A DNA stretch of 33,193 nt, taken from Conidiobolus incongruus B7586. Taxonomy: Eukaryota. The number at the start of each line of letters is the position of its first letter. Positions within the stretch are counted from its first letter, which is position 1. The translations under genes were made by a program, and so were the position numbers. The notes under the pieces are model-generated. The model saw only the letters and a program-made list of their open reading frames with translations, ran no database searches and was not told the origin of the DNA. The stretch is from positions 1 through 33,193 of the forward strand of contig JNEM01008427.1 of NCBI GenBank assembly GCA_000697335.1. The letters run 5' to 3'. Positions 12,564 to 24,747 of the stretch are shown here, piece after piece.

Positions 12564-13356
12564 TCAAGACTGGTGAGGCTCCAACTCGCAATTTATATAA
12601 TCTTTAACTTCAGGAAATTCCAATTCTTGTTTTAATCTATTTTGACTCCATGCAAGGAGCTTGAGCAATGTGGGAAGTTTAGGATCTTTGGCCTGACTCT
12701 GCGAAGTCAGGATAGCCGCATTCAATTCACTTGCAGTCTTCTGACGATGTGTATAATCGAGTAACTCAGCAACTGGGGAGTCATCCTTCTGGTCAAATAA
12801 TAAAAGGACCATTGTACGTTCCAATTCTTCCAATAGTTCTCGATTCTCCATCCCTCTTTTAGCTAAATGCTCCTGAGCGAAATCCAAAGCCTCTTCAACT
12901 TTTCCCTCTCTAATAAATTCAATTAAATTTTGTTGTTGTAAATGAAAGTAAAGTTGATGGTTAGTTTCTAAAATCTATATTCAAAAATTAATATTAATTA
13001 AAATGATAAGTTGAAAAAATTACTTCAGGGTTTATCTCATTAACCAAATCGATAGCTTGGTCAATATGACCGTTTTGAACAGCTTTGCGTACGTTCATTC
13101 TTAGATCGATAGAAGCCAAATCCATTTCAGTACTTAGGTCAGCTTCTTCGCTAAAAGCTTGAGCTGCATCTTTATACCCCTCAATGACCATATAATTCAT
13201 TATCAGTTTGTTGAGTTCCTTTTTGGAAATGTCCACTTTACTCAGCATTGCTTCCCAATCTTCAATACTTATCTTTTTGTTGGGAGGAGGTGTTGTTGAT
13301 GACTGTTCGAATTATTAATTAGAGTAAATTAAAATTAATTAATATTTTTTTACCAT
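12564..13356 (-). CDS. GID8: GID/CTLH complex subunit Gid8 (LisH-CTLH-CRA); exons 13356-13354 (ATG only), 13302-13024, 12974-12564
   Basis: LNKLIMNYMVIEGYKDAA (LisH), [38 protein letters not shown] (CTLH), ELERTMVLL...RQKTASELNAAIL...KLLAWSQ (CRA). Canonical splice sites. Confidence 0.93.
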
Positions 13357-13667
13357 TTTTTTAATTTTTGATCATGTAACAAAAGTTAGTCAATATAAAA
13401 AGATTAAGAATAGATATTGAAAGATGAAAAATAAAAATTGAATTATAATTTAAATAAATTATGAATGAATCAAGTCACTATTAAATTTTGAATTTTTGGA
13501 TTTTTTGTTTATGGGTATAATAAATATGATTGGATTAAAATTATGATATAACAAGTCATATTGTTAATCGCTATTTGAGAATATTGAATATTACCATATT
13601 TTTCACTTTGTAGTATAAATTGAAAAACTAAACATTACTTTATTTGCAAATTTATCGTATATAAAAA

Positions 13668-15018
13668 CTATTCAGTAGGTAAATAAAGGTAAGCAGCGGT
13701 ATAGCTAACAGAACTATCACTTGGGTCCACAACTTGACTGGATTGAGAGTAGTGAATAAACTTTAAGAATGGTTTTTCATCTTTCAAGATTCCATCTTCC
13801 ACTTTGGGATTTTGGTCTGGATGTCTGGTTGCATTAGGATATAATGCTTCAACCATGCCTAACAACACGCCGATGGGATGACGACCACAAATAGTGTTTC
13901 TTGTCTTAGACAAATAAGTAGCAAATTCGTCTAAATTCAAAGTTTCAATCTTGTCCATGCCCTCTCGATCCAAATTCTCAATGGACTGATAAATAGGGAT
14001 TGCAAACTTGTCAACGTTGCGGACATTGGAGGGAGATCGGCTTGGAGGAGGTTTGTCAGAGTAGAAAGTGTAGCGAAATCGGGTTCCCCTTCATGCATTC
14101 AATGGATTAATATTTATATTGGTGATATGTAAAAAAAGATTACCAATGACAAAAATCAGAGGAAATTAAAAATAAATTGGCAGGATCTTTCAAATAGTTT
14201 GAAAGTAATTTTCCATAAGTACGCTCACCTTCTGTATCTAAGCCACCTACTAAAATAGGCACGATCTCAATTTCATCAATTCTATAAATCATGATTAATG
14301 GCGGTTAGGTCAAATGATGCTAATAAAATATTTACTTGGATTCGAATACTTTGTAAACATATGGTAATTGCATTTCAATACTATGCTCATCTTCGTCTGC
14401 TTCGTGATCTAAATTTTCGAATTGGCCAGTTTCATATAATTCTTTGTTAACTGATTAATAATAAGATATTGATGTTAATTTGAGTCAAATCAATCCTGCT
14501 AAAACTTTGGCTTACTAGTCTTATCAATTTTGAGATTTCCCAATGGAGTTTCATACTCATCACATTGGGTTAAAGCACATCCAGCTAAATAAAAGTGGTG
14601 TGAAGGTCCCAAAATGAATACACGTTTACTTGAAAATGACAGATTAATAAAACCAGTATTATTGATAATTAAATAACTTACATTGGTTCAATATCAATAC
14701 TCTTGTAAGAATAAGCGGCAGCTGGTCCACTGTAGCTATATCCAGCATGGCTAAAATATTGCTAATTAAATGAAATTAAGCTTTGAAATCATTAATATTC
14801 TTACGGTACAATAAAAGCTCTAGAGTTAATAATGGGAATTTTAACATTGTGATCAGGAGTCGACTCGAATACTTTTTTCAACCAACCATTCAACTGGTCA
14901 TTTAAAATTGTACCTAATTAACCATATTAAATCTATAATCAAAGAACTTAAAAGGAATTTAATTACTTCTTCTTTCGTACCAGCTGCCTGCGTGACTTGC
15001 TTGACGAATTACGGTCAT
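13668..15018 (-). CDS. MEMO1: MEMO1 family protein; exons 15018-14967, 14913-14805, 14750-14682, 14628-14516, 14450-14336, 14281-14144, 14088-13668
   Basis: Spliced translation gives [64 protein letters not shown]. Confidence 0.95.
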
Positions 15019-15349
15019 ATTAATATTTTGAAATCAATTGATATAAAAGTGACTGTTTAAAATTATTCATTTTTCAATTATGTCATCATTTGATTTTGAT
15101 TTTATTATGGGATTGTAATTTGAAAAACTTTTTAATACTTTATTCAATATTGAAATAATATAAATTTGCTTATATATGCAATAGTATATAATTATTCAAA
15201 ATTGATTCAAAAATAAAAAAATCCCAAAATTTAAATAATAACGATAGTAAATATAATAAAAAATGACTATGAAGTTGAATAATAAAAGTTAAATTAGATT
15301 TATATAATTTAATATAAGTACTATATAAACTAAAATAATTTATTATATA

Positions 15350-16670
15350 TCATAAAATAGACCTTAAATTCAATAACCAGTGTTCCAAAGCATTTTGAGA
15401 AATATTCAAAGCGGGATTTAAAGGCCTTAAATTTTCAAGTCCCATTAATGAGACACCAGAAAAACTTAAGAACGAAGCAAATCTAATGATAAGTTTTGTT
15501 TTGAAAATAGATAATTTGATAAGTATGCAAATTAACTGGAAAACCTCATAATATTACTAAATCCACCAAATTTAGATTGTGCATATAGTAAGAAATCAAA
15601 GATGAGATCTTTATAAATTAAGTCAATTCCTCCTGGCATTTCAATGGATGCTACAATTCAAAAAGAATATCAAGTATTATCAAGCTTACTAGTTCTTCCA
15701 TGGAATCTATTCATTTGAAATTTTAAACATCATTTGAAGGCTTATCTTTATCATATAATATATCTGTCAAATGCTGAGATAAAAATAGTGATGCAATACC
15801 ACAAAAGCCGATCCTTGTTTATGTTATAATATGATTAACAATTTTAAATGAAAGCATTTTCAATTGATTACCATGAAATCCTTGGTGAAGAACTTGGAAA
15901 ACAGCATATTCATAAGTCTATAAGTCAATACAAAATTAATAAATATCGAATAATGTAAATTAATATTAAATGAAAATTACTTAACTTTCTTTAATGTATT
16001 TTAAAGCACTGTCCAAATTAATATAACTCCAGCCGTTTAAATAGAAACAGATAACAGAGGCACAGTAAGTAAATCTCAAATCACTTTCGCTACTTCCATA
16101 AGTTGGGGTGAAGCTACCTTGAATGGTTTGTAAGTAATATAAAATTTAAAATAGCTTTTCTATTCAATCTAGAAAAATCATTTAATACAATTATGCTATT
16201 CAGAAAAGCATAGGTTGTAGCTATATTCGCTCTAACGTAATTAATTAATCGAGATTAGAATTGCCGCGAAGAACTGTCAAAGGGATATTCACTGTATAAT
16301 AAATCTCGAAAACTGTAATATTTATCAGAGTCTAATTTGTTGATATTCATTACTTTAATTTTTCAATTCGAGTAATTTTCATGCCTTCTTTATCTTGAAC
16401 AGGGAGTACTTGCTGAGCATATATCCAGTGAATAAAATGCTGACTTTCAGCTTCGGATATTTTGTCTTTCAATATATTCATCAAATCCAGAGAATAAAAT
16501 AAACATAATAAAAGTCATTTTATCCATTATTAATATTCAGTACCTTTTATTTAATAAATATATAATAAAATTTAATAATTGCCTGCTAGTCTCAGAACTA
16601 GCATAGGGACTTAGTAGCCTTTGCAAGCATTTTAAAAAGTGCTGTATGTACTTTTCACTTTCAAATTTTT
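15350..16670 (-). pseudogene. CDC43: Unprocessed pseudogene of geranylgeranyltransferase type-I beta subunit (CDC43/PGGT1B)
   Basis: Fragments HFLKCLQRLLSPYASSETSR, FIHWIYAQQVLP, SESDLRFTYCASVIC, FHGRTSKLDNT*YSF*IVAS, KFGGFS, GVSLMG...LNPALNIS are collinear with GGTase-I beta. In-frame stops at 15981-15983, 15730-15732, 15670-15672 and 15658-15660, plus frameshifts and intron remnants. The 5' boundary is approximate. Confidence 0.88.
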
Positions 16671-16846
16671 ATTACTTTTTAGAATTCTTTTTTGATATTT
16701 ATTGATTGAATGGATAATGGATGTAGTCAACATATTTATTGAATCAGATATTATATGACATTATCGAAATTTGTGGGAAATTCAATAACTTGATTTATTG
16801 TTATTCAAGTTAATGAAGAGTATTACCTTTAATTTGATTATTCAAT

Positions 16847-17244
16847 ATGTCAAAAGTTAAACAATCTAAACAATGGAACACCTTGCCTGAAATCCCCGAT
16901 CAATTTGAATCGCCACAACAGTTTTCTCAATTGGTAATATTTTATTATAGTGTATTCAATATTTTTTGTTAATGAAATCTATTTTTTAGGTTGAACAACA
17001 TCTTAAACATTTGGTAAATTATGAAATATTTTTCTAACATCATTAGCTAATAATATATTATTAAGAACAATAAGTTGGAGCTGGTTAACGAAGAAACTAT
17101 AACAAAATGTATATTTACTGTTTTTAATTTTATTATAATTATTATTAATTATTTTTTATTTTAGTATACGAAATTGAAACCAAATTAAACAATTTACAAT
17201 CTCAATTAGAAAAACCTAAATCTGAAGAAGAATCAACACAATAA
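16847..17244 (+). CDS. Small coiled-coil protein, HSBP1 (heat shock factor-binding protein 1)-like; exons 16847-16933, 16990-17013, 17066-17108, 17165-17244
   Basis: Three GT-AG introns give the 77-aa MSKVKQSKQWNTLPEIPDQFESPQQFSQLVEQHLKHLNNKLELVNEETITKLYEIETKLNNLQSQLEKPKSEEESTQ. Its hydrophobic register parallels HSBP1 ([45 protein letters not shown]). Confidence 0.65.
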
Positions 17245-17402
17245 AATTTATAATAACTGTATATAAATTGAAAAGCTTCCTTATTTTCATTGTTTTCATC
17301 TAAAATATATTTTGATAGCATTTGAACAATATATAAAAATTTAATTCTGACTCTTTACAAATCTACTACGATATACCAACTTTATTCAGTCATTCCATCA
17401 TA

Positions 17403-17749
17403 TTAAAAATCGTTATCGTCGTAATCATCACCAAAGTCTAAAACAAAAATAAATTAGCCAAAATAAAAGTATAGTTCAATTTAAAGTTACCTCTAAAGAA
17501 GTTTTTATGAACGATTGTTACTTTGGTATTAAAATCATCTTTAATATTTTTTCTTTTAGAATATGAAAACTCTCCCTTTTCAGTTGGAGTCAAAATTTCT
17601 GTACTCTCTAAATCCATATAATCTTTATGATAGTCGCTAAGTTCCATATCAGATCCTATAATTTAATGATGAACGAAAGAGTGAAAGGTATGAGAATGAT
17701 GTGAGTTACCTGAGGCGCTTAGTTTTTGATTGGATTTGGATGATGACAT
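17403..17749 (-). CDS. COP9 signalosome subunit 9 / CSNAP (MYEOV2)-like; exons 17749-17710, 17655-17491, 17437-17403
   Basis: Spliced 79-aa product ends VHKNFFRDFGDDYDDNDF*, matching the F/D-rich CSNAP tail (VHADFFNDFEDLFDDDD). It also has YMDL, compared with YVDL in human. Confidence 0.75.
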
Positions 17750-18612
17750 AATTTTTAAATTGAATAAGAGGTGGAATTTAATTAAAATTGGAATCTAAAT
17801 TATTAGGTGTTTATGAGTTTACCAAATTGTTATTCAAAATAAAATGCACCATTATTAAGATTTCTGTGAACGCAATTAAAGAATAAATATCATAGAATTT
17901 ATAAGATTCTTTAAATAATTGAAATTAAAATATTACCGATAATTTATACCGATTCTGGAAGAGTAATTTTTTCATTAGTTTAACTATACTTGCTATTAGT
18001 GAAAATATAATTCTTTGACCTAAATGTTGCTAATAGTCTTCATAAATCTTTTAAAAAATTGATTAATGAAAATATTGAAAAATTAATTTGAAATTATACA
18101 AATAACAACAATATCTAGAATAAAGCATATTAGATCAATTTTAATATGCTATGCATATTCAAAAAAATAAGTACAGGAAATCAACTTGATTAAGATTTTA
18201 ACATCTATAACTTGAAATCAAAATCATTAGAGCATTTAAATCTGTTTATGTGACATATTATATATATGATTAGTTATTTATTAAGCAATATCCAATTGAA
18301 AAATATTAAAATATAATACAAGATTACAGAGAATGTTAATAAATGAATAATTTTGATATGTAAATACAAATATATCTGTTTAATTAACAAGGATGTTAAT
18401 GCTAAATGATATTTTAATTAATCCCATAATACCAATTATTCAAAAAATCAAAAATACAATTTATAGGGGACTCTGTTTTGAAATATTTTGGCAAGTAGAA
18501 AAATATATATGCTATTTAATATCCAAATACTATAAAATAATACTAATATCCTATAACACTTTTCAAATTATTATATTAATGGTATAATTTTAATTCAAAT
18601 TTGAATGAAAAG

Positions 18613-20976
18613 ATGAATATTCCAAATAATAGCTCTGTTAACGCCTCTTCTCTTTATGAAAAGCTAGAATGTGTTGGTAGGGGCGCTTATGGTGAAGTTT
18701 ATAAAGGGTAAAATATTTTAATAATTACATTAAGTAAATTGATTCCAACAATAATTTCAAACTCGCTATTTAGAATAGATAAACGGACGAATAAAGTAGT
18801 GGCAATAAAAATATTAAATTTAGACACGGATGAAGAAGAAATAGCAGATACTCAAAGAGAAATAGCTCTTTTGTCTCAGTTACAAGGTTCTGAGCATCAT
18901 AATATTACGAGATATCATGGTTCTTTCTTGGATAAGACAAAATTATGGGTGATTATGGATTATGCAGCTGGTGGTTCAATTAGAAATATCATGAAATCAG
19001 GCGTAATTGAAGAGAAATTTATTTCTATAGTAATCAGAGAAATGTTAATCGCCTTAAACTACATCCATAAGCAAGATATTATTCACAGAGATATCAAAGG
19101 TTCAACTTTAATTATCTTAAATGATTTATACAAATACTTATGATTCAAGTTTAGCTGCCAATATTTTGCTAACAGAAACTGGTCAAGTTCAACTTTGTGA
19201 TTTTGGTATTGCCAGAGAAATTAGCTTGAACTCTCTACAACGCTATTCATTCGTTGGTACCCCATATTGGATGGCACCTGAAGTAATTAGAGACGGCTGT
19301 GTGTACGACTTTAAGGCTGACATTTGGTCTCTTGGCATTACAGTCTATGAAATTGCTACAGGAAATCCCCCATATGCCGAACATGATCCCAGAAATGCAC
19401 TGATGATGTTATCTGAAAATAAACCACCCAAACTAGTAGGGCCATTTTCTCCATTGATTAAGGAGTTTGTAGCACTATGCCTCACTAGCAAACCTGAAGA
19501 AAGACCAACAGCTGATGAACTTTTAAAACATCGATTTATCAAAACCTATTCTAAATTACCAGTGTCCGCGCTTAAAGAATTGATTGTGAGACACGAAAGA
19601 TATAAATCAGTCAGAAATTCCAGAGCTTCAATGATTTTGGTGGGCGATACGGATACTTCTGCAGGTTCTAGTGACGAAGATGATGATAATCCGGCTAATA
19701 TATCATGCTGGAATTTTGATACTGTTAAAAGCCATCTTCAAAATGAAACTCCTATTCAATCAGCTTCTGACAAAAACAATAACAACCTAACGATTAAAAC
19801 TAGTGATCCCATATCATCTAAAGAATTATTTAATTGTGTATCTCCCACAATACCAGATCTACCTGGTACACACGCTTTTGGTCAGGTACCCGATAATGAC
19901 ACTATTAAACTAAAAACAATCATTCCTCCTCATAACAAGCAAGATCTCACCTTGAGCAAAATGTTTTTTGACCAGGAGAAGGATGACATTCCACTAGGCG
20001 AAATGCCTAAAACCAACTTCATTGAATCAGCCAAAAAACCTATAATTATTAATATACCTTCCGATGACCATATTTCTACTCCCACTATAAAATCAACCAA
20101 CTCATCAGTTACAAAAACAATTAGACAACCTCCAAATTCCATTATTCCTAATCAAGATAAACCTACTGAGCCAATCTTTCCTCCTCCTAAATCTGCATTA
20201 AGAAATACCACTGCTCGTCAAAGAGCTATCACGCGAACGGAGGATCAGAATTCAACCCTACCACCGTCATTCCCTAGAACAACGTCAGAACAACCCCCAA
20301 TCCCACCACCACCATCTGATCAGCGAGTTCAACAACTGAAACAATCTAAAATCACCACAAAACGAAGATCGAAATCACTTTCTCAACTTGCCAAAGATGA
20401 ACTTCAGTCATTAATTGACTCGCCACCCCTGATTCCAAAAAATTTTTATGCTCAACGTAAACCTAGTACTATGTCATTAGCCCACTCCACATCTAGTCCT
20501 CTAAAATTTTCAAATGTACCATCACCAATTGCTAAGCATGCACAAACCCCGCCAAGTTCAAAATTAATTCCTGTTGCAGCAATTGCTATTCCTTCCAAAA
20601 CACATATGAAGGTATATATTTATTTTCCACATTCTTCTTAAATTAATTTTCCTCGAAATAGCAAATGTCATCGAGTTCGTTACTGAGCTTGGGTATTAAA
20701 TCTGGTAATTCTAGCAATATTAACAGCAGTCCTCAATTGATATCGCAGCTAAAACACCAGCCTTCTCAACCGCCGCCTTTATTAATCCAAGATGATACTC
20801 CAAAATCAAATAATAATCATAATAGCTACTTGACGATTCAATCGATAGATTATGAGCATTTAAATACTGGTCAAGATATTGCAAATCAAATAGAACTTCA
20901 ATTACAGAGTATTCAATCTTGGCTCCAAGCTATTCATTCCGATTTAAAGCAATTGAATCCTTTACCCAAGTCTTAA
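18613..20976 (+). CDS. Ste20-like GCK-family Ser/Thr kinase (Kic1/Nak1-like); exons 18613-18707, 18774-19099, 19155-20611, 20662-20976
   Basis: GRGAYGEVYKG, VAIKILNLDT, HRDIKAANILL, LCDFG, FVGTPYWMAPEVI, DIWSLGIT, followed by WNFDTVK and a long disordered tail. Confidence 0.92.
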
Positions 20977-21203
20977 ACATAGAAAATTAAAATAACTAAT
21001 AATTTTTATGCGATCTATTCTTTATTTTTATACTGTCAAATATCAAGAATAATGGTGAAAATATTGATTCAGACATGATAAAAGAATTATAATACTTCAA
21101 ATTTAATTATCGACTAGACGAAATATTTAATTGATATAATAAACACAAAGTATATTAGTATACGATGTTATGTTCATTGATATTAAAAAAATAAGATCAA
21201 ATA

Positions 21204-21277
21204 TGCTCCCAACAGGGATCGAACCTGTGACCTTGGCGTTATTAGCACCACGCTCTAACCAACTGAGCTATGGGAGC
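21204..21277 (-). tRNA. tRNA-Ile(AAU)
   Basis: GCTCCCA TA GCTC AGTTGGTTA GAGC G TGGTG CT-AAT-AA CGCCA AGGTC ACAGG TTCGATC CCTGT TGGGAGC A, with a T7 terminator ~13 nt downstream. Confidence 0.97.
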
Positions 21278-21282
21278 TCACT

Positions 21283-21545
21283 GTACTTGTGACGGATCTA
21301 ATCCTGTTTCTCCTACCATCTAGCCAATAGAATCATATCATGTGTATATGGCTTATTCTCAATACTGGTATTACCGTATAAATACCATCTTTAGTACAAT
21401 AACAAGCCAAAGCTTAGTTATTGTATCAAAGATGGTATTTATACAATAATACTAGTATTGAGATAGAGTCATATGCATGTAATATGTTTCTATTGGTAGA
21501 ATGCTATGAGACTTAGGAGAAATGGGATCAGATCTGTCACAGTAC
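21283..21545. repeat. Long imperfect inverted repeat (fold-back hairpin), arms ~125 nt
   Basis: 21283-21403 pairs with 21417-21545, and the stem continues as AAGC-CAAA-GCTT to a 4-nt loop. There is one asymmetric internal loop. Confidence 0.95.
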
Positions 21546-21608
21546 TTTTAAAGCACCACTTTCTATTCTGAACATCTCACCTTATTTTTTTGTATTAATT
21601 GTTATTAT

Positions 21609-21611
21609 TTT

Positions 21612-21639
<28 letters not shown>
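21609..21639. repeat. (TATT)n microsatellite
   Basis: About 7 tandem TATT units. Confidence 0.8.
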
Positions 21640-21642
<3 letters not shown>

Positions 21643-23108
21643 AATTATAATATTCATTTTGATTTTATCTCTTAATTTTCAATTAATAAATTATTTTTAC
21701 TTTTTTTGTTAATTTTTCATATTTATTTTATCTTTAAATTTATTCTATTATATCTTTGATTTATATATATAAATTCTCTTTAAAATAAAAATTTATCAAA
21801 TAAAATAATAAAATTCCTTGAACTTTTGCATAATAATATTATGATACATATCAATAATAATCATTTAATTTGAATTTTTTTTCTTAATTAAAAATATATT
21901 TTTGACCTTATTTAAAATACAATTATATAATAAAGTCCAAGAGTTAAAATTATTGAAAATAAAACTTAAAATTTCAATTTAATCCTCTTAGGTTGTTATT
22001 TTTAAATTAATTATTTTATCATTATTATAATTTATACCCAAGTTACAATTTAAATAATTATACTCTATAGATAATATTGATTTAAAGAATAAAGCAGTTT
22101 ATTTATAAATTATCAAATTAAAACAAACAAAGTAATATAAATATTTGGATATCATATATACTAATATTTTGCTTGATTTGTTATATATTTGTTATATTTT
22201 TAATTATATTAAATTATCCAAAGTTTCACAAAAAAATATAATCTGATTTATTGAAATTTATTTTTTAATTATAAATTTATATTAATCATATTTAAGAATA
22301 TGTTTTGATAATTCTTTTTCTCACATCAGATAATTTATTTAGTTTTTAAATTTTAGAAAATAAAGAGTAATTTTCAAAGTTTTGGATAAAGTTTACAAAA
22401 TGTAGCTAATATTATGCATATCGGTATCAAATTTATCTTATTAATGAAAGTTATATTTTATTTCTTTAATAATAACAAAAAGGAAATATAATTTTAACTA
22501 TGATGGCTTAATTCCTAAAATCACTGAATTAATTCTTCTTATTCAAAGATATTAATATTTAATCAAAATATAAAAATATTCATTTTAAAAACATTTATGT
22601 TAATCAATATTAATTCAAAATATTATGAATTAAATATTTCAAAGTTAAGTGGTTAATTACCTTGCGTTATATTTCAGCAATAAACACATTTACTATAATT
22701 CAATGGCTAATCAACTTTTAAATTGGATTATATTACCATATTCTGAGTTTTTTCCAAGTCCATGTAATTTTGATAAATTTAAGCATTTGAAAGGTTGGAT
22801 TATTAAACAAAATTCCAATTTCAACCAATTAAAGTTGAATATCAGAATGATAATTAAAAAACCAAATAAAAAAGTCATTATATTGGCCCATTCAGGGTAG
22901 GGTAAAAGATTTTATATTTTATGATAGATTTAGCCCAATCATTATCAGAACTTGCTCAAATTAGGAACATTCCTATGCCAAAATAATAAAATAAATTTTA
23001 TTCATCAATTATCAATCTAACACCAGATGTTTAAATTATTATTGTCAAAATACTACAATTCAAATTCGGTAACAGAATATGTTACGAAATAACATGAATA
23101 TTGAAATG

Positions 23109-23112
<4 letters not shown>

Positions 23113-23138
<26 letters not shown>
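23113..23138. repeat. (AT)13 microsatellite
   Basis: Perfect dinucleotide run. Shorter ones occur near 9668, 29725, 30018 and 33175. Confidence 0.85.
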
Positions 23139-23145
<7 letters not shown>

Positions 23146-24747
23146 CGATTTCAAAACATTCTGAATCAATTAAAATACTTTTTCAGTTCAGTTTTAATTA
23201 CTATAATTTTTAGAATACAGTTGTATAATTGATAATTATTTAAAGTCATCTTGGGATACTAATTATATTAATAGATATATAATTATGTTTATGAAATATA
23301 TAATAATCATATTTTATTGTTAATGACATAATTTATACTGCCGTCAAATTAATAATAAGCCGAAAATAATATCATCTATTTATTAATTATTAATATTGGT
23401 CTCAGATAATATGTAAACTCAATTTTGATCTAATATTTAGACAAAATTATATATACATTTATCCAATATACATTAAATTGAATATTAATATAATTATAAT
23501 CATTTCAAATCTAATATATATCAAAATAATCCAATTTTATCGGGAATTGAGCATAATAATATAAAATTATGAACTCACTATTAATTTAGCATTAAATTTC
23601 TACTTTAATTCGAGTGATATTTGGAAATAAAATAAATTTTAATCCATTTATGAAAACATTATATATACTTTCAAATGGCATATATCAATATATCATATTA
23701 ATCAAGATAAATGGCATAAAAAAGTTTTTATATAATCATTGATTCTGATATATAACAACTTTTTTGAGTGTTGGCAAAGTCAAGAAACTTTAGAACTCTT
23801 AATATTTATATTTTTTGGAAGAAAAAATATTAAGTATCAAAAATATAATATTTTTATTTTAGCGTTATGAACTTAACATATATTATTTAAATATTAACGG
23901 TTCAATAAAATTTGTTATGATTATGATTCAATATATAACATCTATATTTTTAAAAATTGAGTTTACATATTATCTGATATAAATTTTAATCAGATTGCAC
24001 CTTTGATAACTTGTTGAATGTATTGAATTGGTTGATTTTGTTCTGTTATCCTAAATGAATATACATGAATATCGGGCAATTTCTCCAAGTCTTAGTATTA
24101 AATAGAGTTTTTTAAATCCAGATTTTATCAACCCCTGAATGTATCTCAGCTACCAAATATATGGCCAAATATAATAAAAAAGGGAAATAATTAAATTATA
24201 TACAATTTTTCTTCAACTTAAGACACCTCATAATTCAGGAGTTAAACACTATGTAACCTGAATAGTATTTGAAAATTTTTTGGAATGCCACATATGGAAG
24301 AGGACATAATACATAAAATTTATTTTTAATTTTAGTATTTCAATTATAAAATCGTACATCAAAAATTAGATCAAAGAATTATCTCCAACCTAATATATCA
24401 TAATTTTTTACCTGAACCTGTTATGATATACACTAAAATAATTTATGGTGATGAATCGGTAGCAAAATTTTACTCACAAAATTAAATTTTAATCCAATAG
24501 CAAATATAAAGCTTAAACTTATTATATTTATCATTGATATCTTGATGTTGTGTTATGAATTCAAAGGGTCATCATAATTATTAAATCTAAACATGGATGA
24601 TGTAAGATTTAAATCAGTATGACGATACAATTGGAAATTGAGTTTAGTTGAGATAATTTCTAAATCATTATGACAATATACTCACATTGAGATTATATAA
24701 ATATCTTTGGGGCTAATTCGATAGGAGAAACTCAAAATCAGTCCAAA

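Noticed and set aside
15658..15732. Three in-frame TGA codons at conserved Trp/Cys positions, suggesting selenocysteine, UGA=Trp recoding or A-to-I stop repair
   Set aside because: The same gene has a TAA stop, frameshifts and lost zinc ligands, and GID8 uses TGA as a normal stop. Simple decay explains it.
22894..22903. AGGGTAGGGT, identical to the S. pombe Homol E box
   Set aside because: Single occurrence with no Homol D partner or adjacent gene start.
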